A DNA stretch of 63,641 nt, the filler included, from Octopus bimaculoides (Eukaryota), in the NCBI RefSeq assembly GCF_001194135.2. It is 5 parts of 4 records of this genome, joined end to end, with 100 filler letters (N's around TTAATTAATTAA, not from the genome) between each part and the next. Parts side by side here need not be neighbours in the genome. Positions count along the whole stretch, not along the records: positions 1 to 18,432 come from NC_069005.1; positions 18,533 to 41,080 come from NC_068990.1; 3 more parts are not named here. One strand, given 5' to 3'. How positions within the stretch are numbered: position 1 is the first letter of the stretch; each line of letters begins with the position of its first letter. This document shows, one piece after another, positions 10,977 through 23,599 of the stretch. The position numbers and the translations under genes were made by a program. Under the pieces are notes generated by a model that was not told the DNA's origin, did not search any database, and saw only the letters and a list, made by a program, of their open reading frames with translations.

Positions 10977-11709
10977 ATCATGACCATATGCTCCCGTGGT
11001 ATTTGATCAGAGGTTAAGGACGGATGAGAATTAATTCTGTAATGCAATCATTCTATTGTTCCAGTCCCAAAATGAATTCCAGCTGTTGGCCAATTTGTCC
11101 CAAAGTTCTTAGCTTGACGTAGAATTAATGAAGCGAATGTCATTTATCTCCCCCTTGATCTTCGACGTCATCTGACAAATGCCACCAAGATGATGTGAAT
11201 CAGCAAAGCTTTACCTGCTAGAAATAACAACCAAAATGCTTTTAAATCAGATCCTAATCCTGGATGTTCAAGAACCAAATGAAAGGCAGATTTTCAATCC
11301 TGGGATCATCCTGATTCCAAAAAGATATAATATGTCTATGGAGAGCAAAGGTATACTGAGGTACAGGGGTCCCAGACAGATGAACAGAATTTTGCTTTTA
11401 TTATTATAGATAAGTTGAAAAAATTGTCTTGCCTGGCATCCAATGCTGGTGTGCTCCAAGTATCACAGAAGATTGGAAACAAAGGACACCATTTGTATAA
11501 CAGTGATACTCATTTACAACTATCACATGATGTCAAGGAGCCAAATGAAAATAAATCTGCTCGGCACAGTAATTGATACTAATAATAAAATAACGAAATT
11601 AACAGTCTGTTAGTGCAAACTTATGAAAAATTGTTTAGTTTGTCGGTAGTTGAGTGGGAAGGTTATGTCATCTCATTACATTTCCTTCCCAGTATACACG
11701 ACTTGTAAA

Positions 11710-11900
11710 GGTGCATGGCTCAGTGATTAGAGCATTGGGCACACAATCATGAGGTAGTGAGTTCAATTCCTGAGCAGGGCTGTGTTGCATTCTTGAGCAA
11801 GGCACTTTATTTCACATTGCTCCAGTTCACTCAGCTGAAGAAATGAGTTGCGACGTCACCGGTGCCAAGCTGTATCGGGCTTTGTCTTGGCTAACACTGG
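11710..11900 (+). mobile_element. tRNA-derived SINE (family B, 5' part)
   Basis: GGTGCATGGCTCAGTG...GAGTTCAATTCC head, then CTTGAGCAAGGCACTTTATTTCAC body. Confidence 0.7.
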
Positions 11901-12019
11901 TGGCATGGATAGGGAAGGCTGGTATGCATGGGCGACTGCTGGTCTTCCACAAACAAACTTGCCTGGAATTGTGCTTTGGAGGGGAACTTTCTAGTTGTAA
12001 TGCCATGGATATTCATGAT

Positions 12020-12260
12020 CTGGCAGAGTTTCTACAGCTGGATGCCCTTCCTAACGCCAACCACTCCGAGAGTGTAGCGGGTGCTTTTATGTGCCACCGG
12101 CACGAGGGCCAGTCAGGCGGTACTGGCAACGGCCACACTCAAAATGGTGTTTTTTTACGTGCCACCTGCACAGGAGCCAGTCCAGTGGCACTGGCAACAA
12201 CCTCGCTTGAATATTTTTTCGCATGCCACTGGCACAGGTGTTAGTAAGGCGACACGGGTA
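12020..12260 (-). mobile_element. RTE 3' UTR fragment
   Basis: Similar to 7300-7575. Confidence 0.75.
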
Positions 12261-12529
12261 ACAATCACACTTAATGTATATGTGTTTGTCCTCAACACCA
12301 CTTAATCGGTGTTGGTTTCTTTATGTCCCTGTAATTTAACAGTTCAGCAAAAGAAACTGATAGAATAAGTATCCAACTTTAAAAAATAAGAACTGGGGTT
12401 GATTTGTTCAACCGAACCCTTCAAAGCTGTGCTCCAGCATGGTCAGAGACTAATGGCTGAAATGATGAATGAAAAGATGAAATATACAGGTGGGTATATG
12501 TGCAGTGTGCAAATGTTAATTCAACATAC

Positions 12530-13701
12530 CTGAGAGCGGAGCCGAAACTGTGATTACTTTTGTTGCAGCTCCCCCGTTACTTCCAGAAATTGTACTTGGC
12601 ATTTTACCAACCATGGAGCTGGCCAGTTTCACTGACGGCTGCATGGCAAGTCTTTGAATCAACATAGAAGAGTTATTTGCCATCTTGTTGGTGTTATTGC
12701 AGACAATCTTACCTCCCTGGCTGGCACTGGAGACCACTTTGGTCATCAGAGAATTACCAGTCTTGTTACCTGTGGCATTCAGCATCAGATTTTTCATAGT
12801 GGAGGTTGCTTGGCAAGAGGAAGAGACCCCACCTGAGGGTTTCTCTCCTGCAGAAGCAACACTGCTACTGCTGCTGCTACTACTGCTGCTGCTGGGCCAC
12901 AATACTTTTACAATGCCTGGCGTTGTGGAAGAGTCTAAACTACTACTACTACTACTACTACTAACACTACTACTATTACTACTACAACTACTACTACTGT
13001 TGTTGTTGTTGTTGTTGTTGTTGCCAGCACTGGCACTGCTAATGCCCTTGGTCTTCATAACCAAGGCTTCTGGCTTTGTAGAAGTTGATGAGGTCCTACA
13101 GTTGTTCTCTACAATGTCCGTGTCACCATTCAGGGTGGTGGAGAGGTTGTTGTTGTTGAGTAATGAAACTGTTGCCAGTGGAGGTGATGACTTCACATCC
13201 ATGAGCTGGCTATCACCGCTGCAGTAGGGGGGTGCAGCAGCAAGTAAGTCAGGAGACACCAGACACGTGCTGGTGCTGGTGCTGGTGGTGGTGGTGGTGG
13301 TGGTGGTGGTGGTAGTGGATGCAGTGGTGATGCATGTAGGAACAATCAGAGAATGCAAAGAGTTTCTGTCGACTGCGGTGAATGCACTCTGCTGTGCAGT
13401 CAATGCTCCGCTCGTTGTCGCAGGCGTTGTTGTTTCAACTGTCGTCGACGTCGATGGGAGGGGNNNNNNNNNNNNNNNNNNNNNNNNNNNNNNNNNNNNN
13501 NNNNNNNNNNNNNNNNNGAAATGGAAGTGGAAGATGACAATGAAGTAGTAGTAGTAGTAGTGGTAGTAGAAGTAGTAGAAGTAGCAGTAGTAGTAGCGGT
13601 GGTGGTGGTGGTGGTGGTGTTGGTAGCGGTGGTCACCGATAGTTTATCTGTTTCAGTTATGCAGTTGATACCTGCAACGCTATTCACAGCTAGGCTGCTG
13701 C

Positions 13702-13732
<31 letters not shown>

Positions 13733-13903
13733 ACTGTCACCAGAGCCGATGCCTCCCGACATGCACGTTGCTGTGCTCTGATGGCCAGGCTGCACCTTGT
13801 TATTGTCACCGTTCTTTGGTGAGTCATTGTTTTGTCTGTAGAGTTGCTTCTGAGCCAAATACTTAGCTATACTGGTTTGCAAGGAGACAACACTGGCCAA
13901 CCA
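12530..13903 (-). CDS. PHF12: PHF12 giant low-complexity exon (WLASVVSLQTSIAKYLAQKQ followed by poly-N/T/S linker); interrupted by an N gap
   Basis: ctttccag acceptor, G|GTATGT donor, phase 0-1. The start matches [20 protein letters not shown]. The frame is open on both sides of the 54-N gap, but the annotated length is 3n rather than the required 3n+1, so the gap size is inexact. Confidence 0.85.
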
Positions 13904-14889
13904 CTGGAAAGACAAGAGGAAGAAAAACAATAAGAAGTGGTATCCGGTGGTGATAATGATGATGACGATGTTAATGTCAACAACAATGACGATGATGATA
14001 TGATGATGATGATATATGCAGATAATGATGATGAGGGTAGTGATAATAATGGGGTTAAGCTCTGTGAGTGAGTGATTGAAACAAAAGTAAAATTTGAAGA
14101 CATAAAAGCAGAAACCAAATTGGAAACAATTCTATACAATTGCTAACATTTTATATTTTATCTTTTATTTGTTTCAGACACTGGACTGTGGCCATTCTGG
14201 GGCACCATCTTGAAGAACAAATCAACCCCAGTACTTATTTTTCCTCTTTAACCCTTTAGTGTTCACATTATTCTGTCAAAAGTAATTTTTATTTATTCAC
14301 ATTCTTTTGAATTAATCCTGCATCATCTTGTAGCTTTGCAATTCTGATGAGGTAACTGTTAACTTTTAGAATGACATTGTAGAGTTGGTGAGAAAGGCTG
14401 GATCTGACCAGTTTGATCATAAAACAGGTAGAATATTTGGCTCGAATATGGCCTGTTTAAATGTTAAAGGGTTAAGTCAAGTACTTACTCTATCAGACTC
14501 TTTTGCTGAGCCCCTAAGTTAGGGGGAGGGGTGACAAACTGGGAGGCGGGGGCACAAGCGGTGGTGGAGAGGATGACACACACACGAACAGGCTTCCATA
14601 CAGTTTCCATTTTCTAAATTCACTCACAAGGCATTGGTAGGCATAGGGCAATAGCAGAAGACACTTGCCTAAGGTATCATGCACTGGGACTGAACCTGAA
14701 ACCATGTGGTTGCAAAGCGGGCTTCTTAACTACACAACTTTAACTATGCCTTTGATGATAATTTTGATGGTGGTGATGATGACAGTGGTTGTAGCAATGA
14801 CAATGGTGATGATGATGATTGTTGTTATAGTATCGTTGTGGCTGAACCCAGTATCATAATGGTGACAATAATGATGATGCTTGCAATGA

Positions 14890-16060
14890 CTGGTATTATA
14901 TTTTATCCCACACCCCACAGAAGAATGGAAAGCAAAATTAGCCTCACCAGAATTTGAACTCAGGACATAAAATGGAAACAATAATCTTTTCTTTTCCATG
15001 ATAGGCACAAGGTCTGAAATTAGGAGGGAGGAGGCTAGTATTGACTCCCAGTCCTCAACAGGTACTTATTTTATTGACTCCACCAAAAGATAAAAGGCAA
15101 AGTTGACCTTGGCAGAATTTGAACCCAGAAAACCTAGAAGAAATGCTGTTACGCATTCTATCCAGTGTCCTAAGAAGACTGCCAGCTTGCAACTTTGTAA
15201 TAATAATCCTTTCTTATTTTGGTACAAGGACAACAAATTTGAGGAGTGGGAAAGTCAATTACATCAAGCCCCAGTGCTCATCTGGTATTTATTTTACTGA
15301 CCCCAAAAGGATGAAAGGTTAAGTCAACTCTGGCAGAATTTGAACCCAGAATGTAAAGAAATGCTGCTAAGTATTTTGTCTGGCATGCTAATGCTTCTGC
15401 CAGCTTGTCACTATATAATAATAATAATAATAATAATCCTTTCTACAGGCACAAGGCCTGAAATTTTGGGGGAGGACACTAGTCAATTACTTTAACGCCA
15501 GTGTGTAACTGGTATTTATTTCATCTACAATGAAAGGATGGAAGATAAAGTCAACCTTGGTGGAATTTGAGCTCAGAACGTAAGGACGAATGGAATGCAA
15601 CTAAGCATTTTGCCCAGGAGAATAATGATTATAATAATCTTTCCATTATTAGAGGCACAAGACCTGAAATTTTGAGGGAAAGGGAACAATTACATCAACT
15701 CCAGTGTTCAAATCGTACTTATTCTGATGACCACAAAAAGATGAAAGGTAAAGCTGACCTTGGCAGAATATAAACCCAGAATGTAAAGATGCAGAAGAAA
15801 TGCTGCTATGCATTTTGTCCAGCATCCCTAACAACTCTGCCAGCTCATTGCTTAGTAATAACGGTTTCAAATTTTGGCACAAGGCCAACAGTTTCAAGGG
15901 AGTGGTAAGTCAATTACATTGACACCAGTGTTCAACTGGTACTTATTTTATCTACCCCGAAAGGATGAAAGGCAAAGTCAACCTTGACGAAATTAGAACT
16001 TGGAATGTAAAGATGGATGATTTTCCACTAAATATTTTGCTCACCACCTTTGACCACTTA
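14890..16060 (-). mobile_element. Tandem array of ~5-6 diverged SINE family A copies in a PHF12 intron
   Basis: Repeated GGCACAAGG...GGTACTTATTTTAT...GGATGAAAGG...GAATTTGAAC units separated by (TAA)n. Confidence 0.85.
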
Positions 16061-16131
16061 GTAACACCAATGGTAACAATGACAATTAATAGCAAAAGGT
16101 GACAATAACAAACTGTAGAGGGATAACTCAC

Positions 16132-16356
16132 CTCCTCTTGTTCTTCAATAGTTGCTTTCTGCTCAGTTGAACTCCCCGTGGGGTTGGATAGTAGGGAGCC
16201 TGTCTGTAGCTGTGAATTACCGGCAAACAGGCCATTTGTTGAAGCAGAATTGGATTTATTTAACATGGGCTGCATGGAGGCAATCAGTGCTGCCTCAGAT
16301 GCACGTGGAAGCAAAGGAGGTGGATTCATATACAAGTCTTTGATGGCTGAAGGAAT
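16132..16356 (-). CDS. PHF12: PHF12 exon: IPSAIKDLYMNPPPLLPRA...KATIEEQEE
   Basis: tttcag acceptor, GTGAGT donor, 225 nt, phase 0-0. Matches the recalled VPDAIKSQYQFPPPLI...ATQAEQQE. Confidence 0.9.
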
Positions 16357-16553
16357 CTGAAACAAACAAACAACAGAATGGTTCACATGAAATAAGCTGA
16401 GAGGTAATAGGTTCAGGTGTGAATGTGTGGCCAAGAATTTTGCATCTCAACCACTGTATGGTAAGTGCCTTTCAATATAGCTCTGGGTCAACCACAACCT
16501 TGTGAGTAGGTTTGGTAGATGGAAACTGAAAGAAGTTTATTATATAAGAATAA

Positions 16554-16584
<31 letters not shown>

Positions 16585-16689
16585 TGTCTTGATATCACAG
16601 GATAGTTAACAAGGTGATGAAATATGATCTTCGGTTGCTGAGTCTCATGGAGGTAATGACATGTAACTGAGACTTCTGGCAATTTGCTG

Positions 16690-16955
16690 TGCTTGTGAAG
16701 ACATATCAAGCTAAGTGAAATCATTGTTGTGACCAGTGCTGGTGACACGTAAAAGGCATCTGTACTGGTGACATGTAGAAGACACCTGGTAGTCTGTAGA
16801 GTGGTTGGTGTTAGGAAGAGCATCCAGCTATAGAAACCAAGCCAGAACAGACTGGAGCCTGGTGCAGCTCTCTTGCTTACCATCTCCAGTCAAACCATCT
16901 AACCCATGCCAGCATGAAAAAACAGACGTTAAATGATGATGATGATGATGATGAT
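16690..16955 (+). mobile_element. SINE/RTE-tail element ending in (GAT)n
   Basis: GGTTGGTGTTAGGAAGAGCATCCAGCT...CATGCCAGCATG..GACGTTAAATGATGAT. Confidence 0.7.
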
Positions 16956-16983
16956 AAGATAGAAAAGGGAGAGGTGAACTTAC

Positions 16984-17154
16984 AGAAATGGATTTTCGCT
17001 TTGGATGCCGTATTTTTAACCGGAAAGGAGGTGATTGTCTGTGTACTTTTTTCAAGAAGTCAATTTTTACAGCATGCATATTAATATGTCCTGAAAATTT
17101 TGCTCTGAGCTTAATCCGTTCTGAGAGGCTCACTGACTTTAAGAGTTTCTCGTC
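16984..17154 (-). CDS. PHF12: PHF12 orthologue exon (post-PHD2 region): DEKLLKSVSLSERIKLRAKFSGHINMHAVKIDFLKKVHRQSPPFRLKIRHPKRKSIS
   Basis: ttaacag acceptor, GTAAGT donor, 171 nt, phase 0-0. Resembles the recalled human PHF12 segment [36 protein letters not shown]. The upstream PHD exons are not on this scaffold. Confidence 0.88.
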
Positions 17155-18077
17155 CTGTTAAGAGAAAAAAAATAATAAGTAGCTTTTATTGATTTCAAAT
17201 TCTGGTACAAGACTAGCAATTTCTAGGGAAGACGTATAGTCAGTTACATCAACACCAGTGCATAACTGGTACTTATCATATCAACCCCCGAAAGGATGAA
17301 AAGCAAAGTCTCGGCAGAACTTGAACTCAGAATGTAAGGTTGGTCAAAATGCTGCAAAGCTTTTTGCCCAGCACAGTAACAATTCTGCCAGCTCGCCATC
17401 TAATTAGTAGTTAGTATTAGTAATTAGCTTGATCAAGTTTTTCTTAAATGAACAAGAAAAGAAAAGGATTTTTGGTAGATAAAATAGCACCAATGGAACA
17501 AGGGAAATGAGAGACAGACAGTTGGACAGGTAGGAAAAAATTCAAAAGGTAGCAAGTAATATGGCTGAGAAAGAAATCAGGTCTTTTTGCTGTTTTGTTG
17601 TGTTGGGTGTTTTTTTTTTTTAAATCATTTAATCAGAAAGAAGCAATATTTATGATGCATCTGTCAGTCTGTTGGAAATTCTGTAGAATGAAACCTGTAA
17701 AGAAAGTGTAAACAAAGACAGATTTGGTCACTCAACTTGCTAGAAATAGCAGCTAAATCTCCCTTGAATTACATCCTACCATTTAAAAAAAATTGGGGAT
17801 AATGCATTGGATAATTTGTTAATAAATACGTTACATATCAGAATGAAACGGGAGATGATCATAAGTCTGGTTGATTAGGTCAAAGCTGGAGCTAAACACA
17901 AAATGAGAAAAGAAAAATTAGGATGAGTAGAAAGGAAATTCTAGAAGAAAGCAATTCTGGGGACACCTGCAATCCATTCTCTTTATCTTTTGTCTTAGTC
18001 ACTGGACTGCTGCCATGCTGGAGCACTGCCTCGAAGGGTTTTAGTCATACAAATTAACTCTAGTACTTATATATTTA

Positions 18078-18168
18078 CTAGCAGAAATACCCGGCGTTGC
18101 CCGGGTTAAAGAGAATAATGAAATCTAAAAACGCCGTCTAGACTACGCATCATCTTTATATATAGAGA
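18078..18168 (-). mobile_element. Miniature non-autonomous Helitron (91 bp)
   Basis: Minus strand: A|TCTCTATATATAAAG... start, CCCGG-gcaacg-CCGGG hairpin, CTAG|T end, A/T insertion site. Confidence 0.75.
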
Positions 18169-18288
18169 TGTATATACACACACGCACCCAAACACACGTA
18201 TATATATGTATATCAATATAAATATATGAAAGTCAATGAAGTTTCGTAAAAGAAGGTGATCACGTACATACTTTCTTGCTGTTGTGAT

Positions 18289-18432
18289 TATAACACCTCA
18301 TTGTAAACTATGTTCCTTGTTTTCCCTTGTGGAGCATATACAAATAGGTTTTTTGTTGCTGCCCACTCTTGAGCAGCCAACATACAGTTGTCCATGTGAG
18401 AAGCAGGGCTCTTCCAAGAGAAGACCAGCTAC
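18289..18432 (-). mobile_element. Helitron PIF1 helicase C-terminus
   Basis: VAGLLLEEPCFSHGQLYVGCSRVGSNKNLFVYAPQGKTRNIVYNEVL*. Confidence 0.9.
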
Positions 18433-18532
18433 NNNNNNNNNNNNNNNNNNNNNNNNNNNNNNNNNNNNNNNNNNNNTTAATTAATTAANNNNNNNNNNNN
18501 NNNNNNNNNNNNNNNNNNNNNNNNNNNNNNNN
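18433..18532. other. Artificial scaffold-joining spacer N44-TTAATTAATTAA-N44
   Basis: TTAATTAATTAA gives stops in all six frames, and the same 100-nt construct recurs four times. Confidence 0.95.
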
Positions 18533-19340
18533 TAAAATCTAATTGGAGGGATAGTAGTAATTTCAAATTTAGAGGAAGGTAGGTTAAGTAGTGGTGGACA
18601 GCAGGTTAGGGGTAAATCAAGCATGAGGGAAAGAAAAGAAAAAAAAAAGGAAATGGAAGGGCAATACCCTAAGGAGTGGTAAGAATTTGGAAAAAATTTA
18701 AGGTAAGGGAAATAAGGTCAAGGTATTAAAGAAATATATCTATTCTACAGTATAAATAGAATAATACAATGAAACACTAAATTACTAAGTTTGGCCATTA
18801 ATATTATAGTTTTACTCATAAATAATACTACCCCACATTAATTTATATCTTATTTTAACTGAATATGTTTATCTTGTTCTAATTATTATTGTTCCCTATA
18901 GTTTTAAACTTAGTAATAAGCTCCCAGTGGATGTGAAGAGAGCCTCATCTCTATACAGACCCCCACACAGATCGGAGAAATGTTCACTAACTTGTGATAG
19001 AATAAACAGGCCCACCAGATCGGTAACTTAGGCAGAGGAGCACATCATAATATCAAAGTAGTAGATGCTACAATTTCGGGACCGATATTTGTCGTTAAAT
19101 GAGAGGAATGATTTTCGTACCATTTAAAATAATATCAATGTCAGAGTGAGAGAGGAGCGAAAGCTTCCTGGTAAATATTAAGGCTTTATGGGAAAGACAG
19201 AAGTATCGTAGTTGGAAACATCGAACTGAAGGAAGGCAGTATTAGATTTATTAGGAAGGATATGGGACTAGGTGCTGTTCCAGAGGCTAAGTCTAACCTT
19301 ATTTTTTTTACTATGAGGATAATTCTGTCGAAAATACATT
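18533..19340 (+). mobile_element. Highly decayed L1/Tx1-like LINE 3' fragment
   Basis: Stop-riddled translation (LPVDVKRASS...NNINVRVREERKL) loosely resembles Tx1 C-termini; weak. Confidence 0.3.
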
Positions 19341-19400
19341 TACTAACAGGTGTTAGCAAACTTTGTAAAATAAAATAAATGTATATTATCAAATATTTAC

Positions 19401-19451
19401 CAAGTGTTTACTTCTTCTGCTGTGTATTCAACCCGTGGTATTGGTTGGCCA
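19401..19451 (-). CDS. TPH: Hydroxylase exon: (H)GQPIPRVEYTAEEVNT(W)
   Basis: ttactttcag acceptor, TG|GTAAAT donor, 51 nt, phase 2-2. Joins the previous exon in frame (CA|T = His). GQPIPRVEY is a family-diagnostic motif. Confidence 0.9.
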
Positions 19452-19630
19452 CTGAAAGTAAAATGATTTACATTTCACAATTTACCGAAACAAGTAGTAC
19501 CTATCATGACCAAGTCTATGACCAGTAACAAAAATACTGCTGAAATTTAAAGTTTTTACCTTTTACAACCAACATGTTAAAAAATAATAAATTTGTTCTC
19601 TAGAAAAAGTATTGAGTAACCCTTTTGTTT

Positions 19631-20011
19631 GTTGGCACTCCGTCGCTTACGACGTCGAGGGTTCTAGTTGATCCGATCAACGGAACAGCCTGCTTGCGAA
19701 ATTAACGTGCAAGTGGCTGAGCACTCCACAGACACGTGTAACCTTAACGTAGTTCTCGGGGATAATCAGCGTGACACAGTGTGACAAGGTTGACCCTTTG
19801 AATTACAGGCACAACAGAAACAGGAAGTAAAAGTGAGAGAAAGATGTGGTGAAAGAGTACAGTAGGATTCGCCACCATTCCCTGTCGGAGCCTCGTGAAG
19901 CTTTAGGTGTTTTCGCTCAATTAACACTCACAACGCCCGGTCTGGGAATCGAAACCGCGATCCTATGACCGCGAGTCCGCTGCCCTAACCACTGGGCCAT
20001 TGCGCCTCCAC
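19631..20011 (-). mobile_element. Full-length tRNA(Arg-like)-derived SINE
   Basis: GTGGAGGCGCAATGGCCCAGTGGTTAGGGCAGCGGACTCGCGG...GTTTCGATTCCC head. The 3' tail is shared with 25617-25934. Confidence 0.85.
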
Positions 20012-20501
20012 TGAGTAAACCNNNNNNNNNNNNNNNNNNNNNNNNNNNNNNNNNNNNNNNNNNNNNNNNNNNNNNNNNNNNNNNNNNNNNNNNNNNNNNN
20101 NNNNNNNNNNNNNNNNNNNNNNNNNNNNNNNNNNNNNNNNNNNNNNNNNNNNNNNNNNNNNNNNNNNNNNNNNNNNNNNNNNNNNNNNNNNNNNNNNNNN
20201 NNNNNNNNNNNNNNNNNNNNNNNNNNNNNNNNNNNNNNNNNNNNNNNNNNNNNNNNNNNNNNNNNNNNNNNNNNNNNNNNNNNNNNNNNNNNNNNNNNNN
20301 NNNNNNNNNNNNNNNNNNNNNNNNNNNNNNNNNNNNNNNNNNNNNNNNNNNNNNNNNNNNNNNNNNNNNNNNNNNNNNNNNNNNNNNNNNNNNNNNNNNN
20401 NNNNNNNNNNNNNNNNNNNNNNNNNNNNNNNNNNNNNNNNNNNNNNNNNNNNNNNNNNNNNNNNNNNNNNNNNNNNNNNNNNNNNNNNNNNNNNNNNNNN
20501 N

Positions 20502-20546
<45 letters not shown>

Positions 20547-21210
20547 ATATACATATAATATAATATAATATAATATACTTCAGAGCTAGGCGAAATGAAG
20601 CCAGCCCAGAATTGACTTGCAAGAGCGTCAGATGCGTATTTCGTCTATCACATATAGGTATCACTTCCGAAACGAGATCGAATCGGCCAGTTTGAAGTAT
20701 ACAGAGATAATGTACAAACAATACATTGGTTTGCAATGGCTGTAGACAATTCGAAATATTCAATAGGAGCAACTCCAGAGTAAAATCTTAATCTATATGA
20801 CATACTTAACGTACGTGTATCATCTGAAAGCCAGAATGGTCTCCCTCGGGGCTATACCGTTTCGCTTCACTCTGAAGTATAATGTATTTTTAACATATTA
20901 CGTTTATAAAGGGATTTTTCCTAGATGAAAATCTGCAACTGCTGGCTTTTTAATAATATACGTACAGTATGTTATATAGATAAAGATTTTACTCTAGAGC
21001 TGATTCTATTGCAAATTTCGAATATAATATACATACATACATACATACATACGTGTGTGTGTATGCACACAAAAACACGCATATATACAAAACAGCGTGG
21101 CTCGTGAATACATACACACACATGCACACACACACATGCACACACACACACAGGTAGATAGATAGATAGATAGATACATACATACATACATACATACATA
21201 CATACATACA

Positions 21211-21242
<32 letters not shown>

Positions 21243-21587
21243 CATGCACATGTTTAATGAATAAATACTTAGTATCACTGTAAAATTCGTACACGTGTTT
21301 TAAGATACAGTATCTTGGAGACAAAACAAGTTTATTTTAAACATCGAACGTAAATCTATAGTAGGAATTAGAACATAAATTATAATAAATTTGTTTACAC
21401 TCTATAACAGTGTAGTGCATAGCGTATGAAAGATACAGGATTTATAGCGCAGTGGATACATTAAGTTTACCTATTTCAGTGTATATGTTAGTTTTACGTC
21501 AGATAAATCCCAAATTTACGAGGTTTACCAAACATCCCAAACAAAAGACAGAAATATGAAAACAAAAACACGAGCAAAAATACTCAC

Positions 21588-21655
21588 TGTTTATAATTAT
21601 TAGCAATTTCCGCAAATTTTATTCTACGTTGTCTATATACTGGATCCTTGAAGCC
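21588..21655 (-). CDS. TPH: Hydroxylase exon: GFKDPVYRQRRIKFAEIANNYK(H)
   Basis: tttcag acceptor, GTGAGT donor, exactly 68 nt, phase 0-2, the same size and phase as human PAH exon 5. IANNYKH resembles invertebrate TPH. Confidence 0.9.
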
Positions 21656-21934
21656 CTGAAATTTATATAAAATATAGCAATTTAATTGATTTACGTTTCT
21701 TCAATTGTTTCAGTCATTGTATCGCGGTCATGCTGGAGTACCGCCTTGAAGGGTTTAAATCGAATAAGTCAACCTAAATACTTTGTTGTCTTTTAAAGTC
21801 TGACACTTATTCTATCGGTATCATTTGCCGAACCGCTATGTTATGGGGACGTAAACAAACTAACACCAGTTGGCAATCAAGGAGATTGAGGAGAGAACAC
21901 GGACACAAAAAGCAGACACACACACACACATGCA

Positions 21935-21965
<31 letters not shown>

Positions 21966-21975
21966 NNNNNNNNNN

Positions 21976-22011
<36 letters not shown>

Positions 22012-22478
22012 CACACACACACAACGGGCTTCCACACAGATTCCGACGACCACAGTAACTCACAAAGAATTGATCGACACGGAAATATAGTAGAAGACAT
22101 TTGCACAAGGTGCCGTACAGCAGTATGACTGAACCTGAAACCAGGTAGTCGGAAAGCGAGTTTCTTAACCACACTGTCAAGCCTATACCTTGTGAAACTC
22201 TTAAGGAGCAATATAATATATGGTAGGAACACGAACGCAAAACACTTTTACTCTTTCACTGGTTAAAGTCATTGCATTAATATCATATTGGGCACAGCTT
22301 TGAAGGATTCTAGTTAATCATATCTACTACTGAAGTTACATCAGTTCGCACATATATTATCGGTATCTATCAATCGAGTGGGTAAATTTTGCTTTTTCGT
22401 CACAACACTGGTTTTACAACGATTGAACATGGGCCCGAATGCAGACAGAGACACCCATGCATACACGCATATATACAA

Positions 22479-22528
<50 letters not shown>

Positions 22529-23599
22529 GTTAACCGAAGTGTACAGTATTATACATCCATTACGGCCGATCTTACCTATCGGTTTTGCACCAGGGTTTCA
22601 ACGAAATATTAGATAACAGTCCTATTATGTAATCCTACGTTCTTCAGAGATGGCAGTTATGGAATGAAATATGGTGACTATATATATATGTGTGTGTGCG
22701 TGTGTGTGTGCAAAAATTAATATGATTATGTAAATTTAAATGTATATATATATATATNNNNNNNNNNNNNNNNNNNNNNNNNNNNNNNNNNNNNNNNNNN
22801 NNNNNNNNNNNNNNNNNNNNNNNNNNNNNNNNNNNNNNNNNNNNNNNNNNNNNNNNNNNNNNNNNNNNNNNNNNNNNNNNNNNNNNNNNNNNNNNNNNNN
22901 NNNNNNNNNNNNNNNNNNNNNNNNNNNNNNNNNNNNNNNNNNNNNNNNNNNNNNNNNNNNNNNNNNNNNNNNNNNNNNNNNNNNNNNNNNNNNNNNNNNN
23001 NNNNNNNNNNNNNNNNNNNNNNNNNNNNNNNNNNNNNNNNNNNNNNNNNNNNNNNNNNNNNNNNNNNNNNNNNNNNNNNNNNNNNNNNNNNNNNNNNNNN
23101 NNNNNNNNNNNNNNNNNNNNNNNNNNNNNNNNNNNNNNNNNNNNNNNNNNNNNNNNNNNNNNNNNNNNNNNNNNNNNNNNNNNNNNNNNNNNNNNNNNNN
23201 NNNNNNNNNNNNNNNNNNNNNNNNNNNNNNNNNNNNNNNNNNNNNNNNNNNNNNNNNNNNNNNNNNNNNNNNNNNNNNNNNNNNNNNNNNNNNNNNNNNN
23301 NNNNNNNNNNNNNNNNNNNNNNNNNNNNNNNNNNNNNNNNNNNNNNNNNNNNNNNNNNNNNNNNNNNNNNNNNNNNNNNNNNNNNNNNNNNNNNNNNNNN
23401 NNNNNNNNNNNNNNNNNNNNNNNNNNNNNNNNNNNNNNNNNNNNNNNNNNNNNNNNNNNNNNNNNNNNNNNNNNNNNNNNNNNNNNNNNNNNNNNAGGGT
23501 GATTGAAAAGTAACTCCTTATTTTAAAATACTTATAATTTAATTAACTATATCTTTTTTCGTCCATGTTTTTTAATGTATGGGAATTGATTCTATGTTA

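Noticed and set aside
17155-21655. TPH nested in, or adjacent to, PHF12 on the same strand
   Set aside because: An artificial scaffold spacer at 18433-18532 separates them.
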